DNA of 64,000 bases, taken from positions 1 through 64,000 of the forward strand of contig JBQPWD010000003.1 of NCBI GenBank assembly GCA_052246995.1, read 5' to 3'. The position numbers and the translations under genes were made by a program. The notes beneath the pieces are model-generated. The model did not search any database. It was not told where the DNA came from and was given only the letters and a program-made list of their open reading frames with translations. This document shows, one piece after another, positions 61,249-64,000 of the stretch (the first letter of the stretch is position 1; the number at the start of each line of letters is the position of its first letter). The DNA is from Candidatus Bathyarchaeota archaeon (GTDB taxonomy: Archaea > Thermoproteota > Bathyarchaeia > Hecatellales > Hecatellaceae).

Positions 61249-62100
61249 TTACACCTCAATTTCAGCTAAAATTTTAATAAGCTTAGGAAAGACAGTTTTT
61301 GCAAACCTTTTACTTGAACCTCCGCAAAGAACAACAATAAGCTTCCCGCTACAAACTTCGTCAGTGATGTTTTTAACTTTTTTAGTTAAATCTAAAAAAC
61401 ACTTCTCAGTTAACCCTCTTGAACCATAATCTTCCTTATATGTATCATAACCAAAGTGCCAAAAAACCATGTCTGGTTTAAAGCTTCTTAATCTTTGAAA
61501 ATAGTTTTCTTCAACAAGCTTAATATAATCTTCGTCAGAAATGGTTGATGGAACTGGGATATCAATCTTCAATTCATCGGTTGAAGGCTCATCTAGATTG
61601 CAGAAACAAACATGCTGAACATTGTTGTCAAATTTGAAAATGTCTCTTGTTCCATCTCCATGGTGACTATCCGTATCTAAAATTGAAAATTTGAGGTTGG
61701 AGTTAAATTTTAACCTTAAATTTGAAATTGAAAGTGCAACATCATTAAAATAGCAGAAACCCCAAAAATCGTCAACACCCGCATGATGTCCAGCTGTACC
61801 TGTAAAAACAAATGCATTGTCAATTTCACCTAAAAAAACTCTTTCACCAGCCAAAATGACCCCGCCTGCTGAAAGAAGCGCCGCTTTATGATATTTCGTT
61901 TTTTTAACCGCACAAATTAGTCTTTCAGAATGAACTGTCCTAAGAAGTTCTTCTGATGGTTGTGTAGGCTTAAAAATTAGAATTTTCTCTAACAACCCAT
62001 CCTCGTTTAAACCTTCAATTCCTGCTTTAACTCTATCTTTAAGGACGGGGTAACCTTCCAAACCTAAAATTTCATCATAAAAAACTCCTACTCTTTTCAA
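61249..62100 (-). CDS. HDAC-family protein, divergent paralogue
   Basis: AGHHA, GFCYFND, DTDSHHGDGT, FGYDTY.ED; CGGS in place of GGY. Confidence 0.85.
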   Translation of the reverse strand: MKRVGVFYDEILGLEGYPVLKDRVKAGIEGLNEDGLLEKILIFKPTQPSEELLRTVHSERLICAVKKTKYHKAALLSAGGVILAGERVFLGEIDNAFVFTGTAGHHAGVDDFWGFCYFNDVALSISNLRLKFNSNLKFSILDTDSHHGDGTRDIFKFDNNVQHVCFCNLDEPSTDELKIDIPVPSTISDEDYIKLVEENYFQRLRSFKPDMVFWHFGYDTYKEDYGSRGLTEKCFLDLTKKVKNITDEVCSGKLIVVLCGGSSKRFAKTVFPKLIKILAEIEV

Positions 62101-62330
62101 TCTTCATCAAACCTGCAACCATTAATAAATTTGCTAGTAAAAATTAAAAACATTTTAAAAGAAGTTGCCTCCTACACTTTAAACTTTAAATCCTACCTAT
62201 CATAGTCAACATTAACAGATAAAAAAATATAAAATACTTTCTCCTTTATTTCTCTTCCTTCTTTAGAGACACATTAAAACTAATTAATGTGGATAACATC
62301 TTAAGTTTAGTTTAACTCTCTATTGGAGAG

Positions 62331-62678
62331 TTGCCAATTATGGTGAAGTTTAAGTTTACCAGTAAAGAATTTGAAGATTGGCTTAAAGAGGAGCATAAAT
62401 CAAGTTTTAAAAGCGTTGAACAGATTAAAGATTTTGTCAACCAAGGTTTGGCTTTTCTTTTAATTTCGGGCAGTAATCTTCTAAAATCTTATATTCTTAG
62501 AAACGTTAAGCTTTTTGATAACCAAGAAAAACTTTTAAGAACGGTAAGCGGTCAGACATATCTTTGGTGGTTTTTTTCGCAAGTAGTTGAAGAAGTTTAT
62601 GCAAATAAGGAAAATTGTACAATAGTTTACAACCCTGAGAAAAGGAAGTTTAATTTTAGCTTAATCAGCAAAATCTAA
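62331..62678 (+). CDS. Hypothetical protein
   Basis: 115-aa ORF with GGAG upstream, overlapping the convergent gene end by 18 bp; no motif recognised. Confidence 0.55.
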   Translation: MPIMVKFKFTSKEFEDWLKEEHKSSFKSVEQIKDFVNQGLAFLLISGSNLLKSYILRNVKLFDNQEKLLRTVSGQTYLWWFFSQVVEEVYANKENCTIVYNPEKRKFNFSLISKI

Positions 62679-63671
62679 AGCTAAGGGTTTAACTTCGTCA
62701 TGAAGAATGGACAGCTCTTCGCTTTTTTGAAGTATTTTAAATAGTTTTTCAGCTTTTTCTAAAGCTGATTTTGCTAACCTCTCATTAATAAATCTATTTT
62801 CAACTAAGGCTGTAAGCTTATCCTTATCAATAATTTTTGGTTTTTGGCCTGGAACTTTTACAACGTCAACTTCAAGGTCTACATATCTGGCTTTTGAAGG
62901 GTAAAGTTCCGTTGGAGTGTTTATGTTGTAGAATTCTCCTTTAAGTTTTCCATCAAAACTATAGTATGAATGTTTTGTTATCCATGAACCTTCAGCAATC
63001 TCCGTTATCGCGTAATCTCCATCTTCTTTTTTAATGTTTAAACCATCATACAAACCTAAACCCTTGATTGTTCTTTTAACTTTTAAAAGATTATTAACTT
63101 CAATAGTTACACCTTTAAGCTTAACATCCTCTTCATCAGCAACCTTTACATGCTGAATTTCAATCTCACATCCAACATTAAATTTTAAAAGCTTTTTAAG
63201 TTCCCCTTCCACCTCACATCTTTTTTCAGAATTCATGCTAAGCATTTTTTCAGCTTCATCAAGTATATTTGAGGCAAAAACTCTGAATCTGTGGTGTAAG
63301 TTTACTGTTGGAATAACCTTGCTTCTCTCCTCATCTAAAATCTTCTTTGACAAGTATGGAAATTCAACGTTAAAATGTCCGTAACCAAACCATCCTTTAA
63401 TAGCTTTTTCCCTAACAACAACATCTGGAAGATTTTTTCTTAAAAAATCTACAACAGCTTCAGCAGCTTCAAAAACTCCGAGAATAACAACCCCTTGTTT
63501 ATCCTCCCTATCAACAATAGAAACATCTCCAAAATCCTGGGAAACATGGTCAACATGAAATCTTCTCATAATTTTCCCAGACATCCTAACAATTTCAAAC
63601 TCCTTAGAAATGAGGTTGGTAAGGGCTGTAGAGTAAACTCCCCTAATTTCAACTTTAAACTTACGGATCAC
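62661..63671 (-). CDS. fau-1: FAU-1 family AU-rich RNA-binding protein / RNase (DUF402)
   Basis: IRGVYSTALT, LD..R..V.PT...HH, G.YDGL, GEFYNINTP.ELYP...RYVDLEVDVV. Confidence 0.88.
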   Translation of the reverse strand: MIRKFKVEIRGVYSTALTNLISKEFEIVRMSGKIMRRFHVDHVSQDFGDVSIVDREDKQGVVILGVFEAAEAVVDFLRKNLPDVVVREKAIKGWFGYGHFNVEFPYLSKKILDEERSKVIPTVNLHHRFRVFASNILDEAEKMLSMNSEKRCEVEGELKKLLKFNVGCEIEIQHVKVADEEDVKLKGVTIEVNNLLKVKRTIKGLGLYDGLNIKKEDGDYAITEIAEGSWITKHSYYSFDGKLKGEFYNINTPTELYPSKARYVDLEVDVVKVPGQKPKIIDKDKLTALVENRFINERLAKSALEKAEKLFKILQKSEELSILHDEVKPLALDFAD

Positions 63672-63909
63672 GATAGTTCACCTAGAGGAAGCCGCAAATC
63701 CTAAAAGAAGAAAAACTTACAGTAAAAAAAGCTTTAAGAAGCTTAACCTCCCATTTAATCTGGTGTAACTGTGGTGAAACAAGATTTACGAGCGTAGGCG
63801 AAATTCGGTAAATTAACTCCAACTAAGACTTAGAATTGTCTCTCTTCTCTTAAAATAGTTAACCTTTTTGCCTTCTTTTTCATCTTTATTGTTTAAGGGT
63901 TGAAAACTG

Positions 63910-64000
63910 TTGGATCAGAGTTTTCTCTCATATAGTGTTGAGGATATTGTTAAGAAAATTTTGAAGGAAAAGCCTAACCTTAGAAGGGAGGATGTTTTTA
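63910..64000 (+). CDS. Partial CDS running off the window, possibly RPA/OB-fold protein with a DUF2240-like N-terminus
   Basis: TTG start gives MDQSFLSYSVEDIVKKILKEKPNLRREDVF; only 30 codons are visible. Confidence 0.4.
   Translation, partial: MDQSFLSYSVEDIVKKILKEKPNLRREDVF

Overview
AT-rich archaeal chromosomal window, most consistent with a thermophilic non-crenarchaeal TACK lineage such as Bathyarchaeia. The markers are an unsplit RpoB, a fused RpoA'/A'' largest RNAP subunit, the PolD small subunit, ribosomal protein S25e and reverse gyrase; this placement is inference. From left to right it holds: an acyl-CoA metabolism cluster (partial 2-hydroxyacyl-CoA dehydratase-like gene, frameshifted ThDP enzyme, acyl-CoA dehydrogenase, three AMP-forming CoA-ligase homologues, a MaoC pair); reverse gyrase; PolD DP1; a NikR-type regulator with a ZnuABC-type transporter; mvk/ipk; hxlB; EF-2; an ECF module; prefoldin beta; the rpoH-B-A-L30e-nusA operon; NreA; S25e; RNase P Rpp30; a Liv-type ABC transporter; an ADP-dependent sugar kinase; adk; tRNA-Leu(CAA); an RpiB/Nudix/two-deacetylase group; and FAU-1. 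Items not in the ORF track and read directly from the DNA are two box C/D guide sRNAs flanking adk, a 51-aa aCcr1/CdrS-like ribbon-helix-helix gene, a decayed DtxR/MntR pseudogene and two edge-truncated CDSs. Several intact ORFs carry degenerate catalytic motifs (a CoA ligase, ThiI, the second deacetylase, RpiB, and EF-2 with HTG for HRG). I saw no CRISPR array, integrase or intact transposase. All calls rest on motif recognition; no database searches were run.
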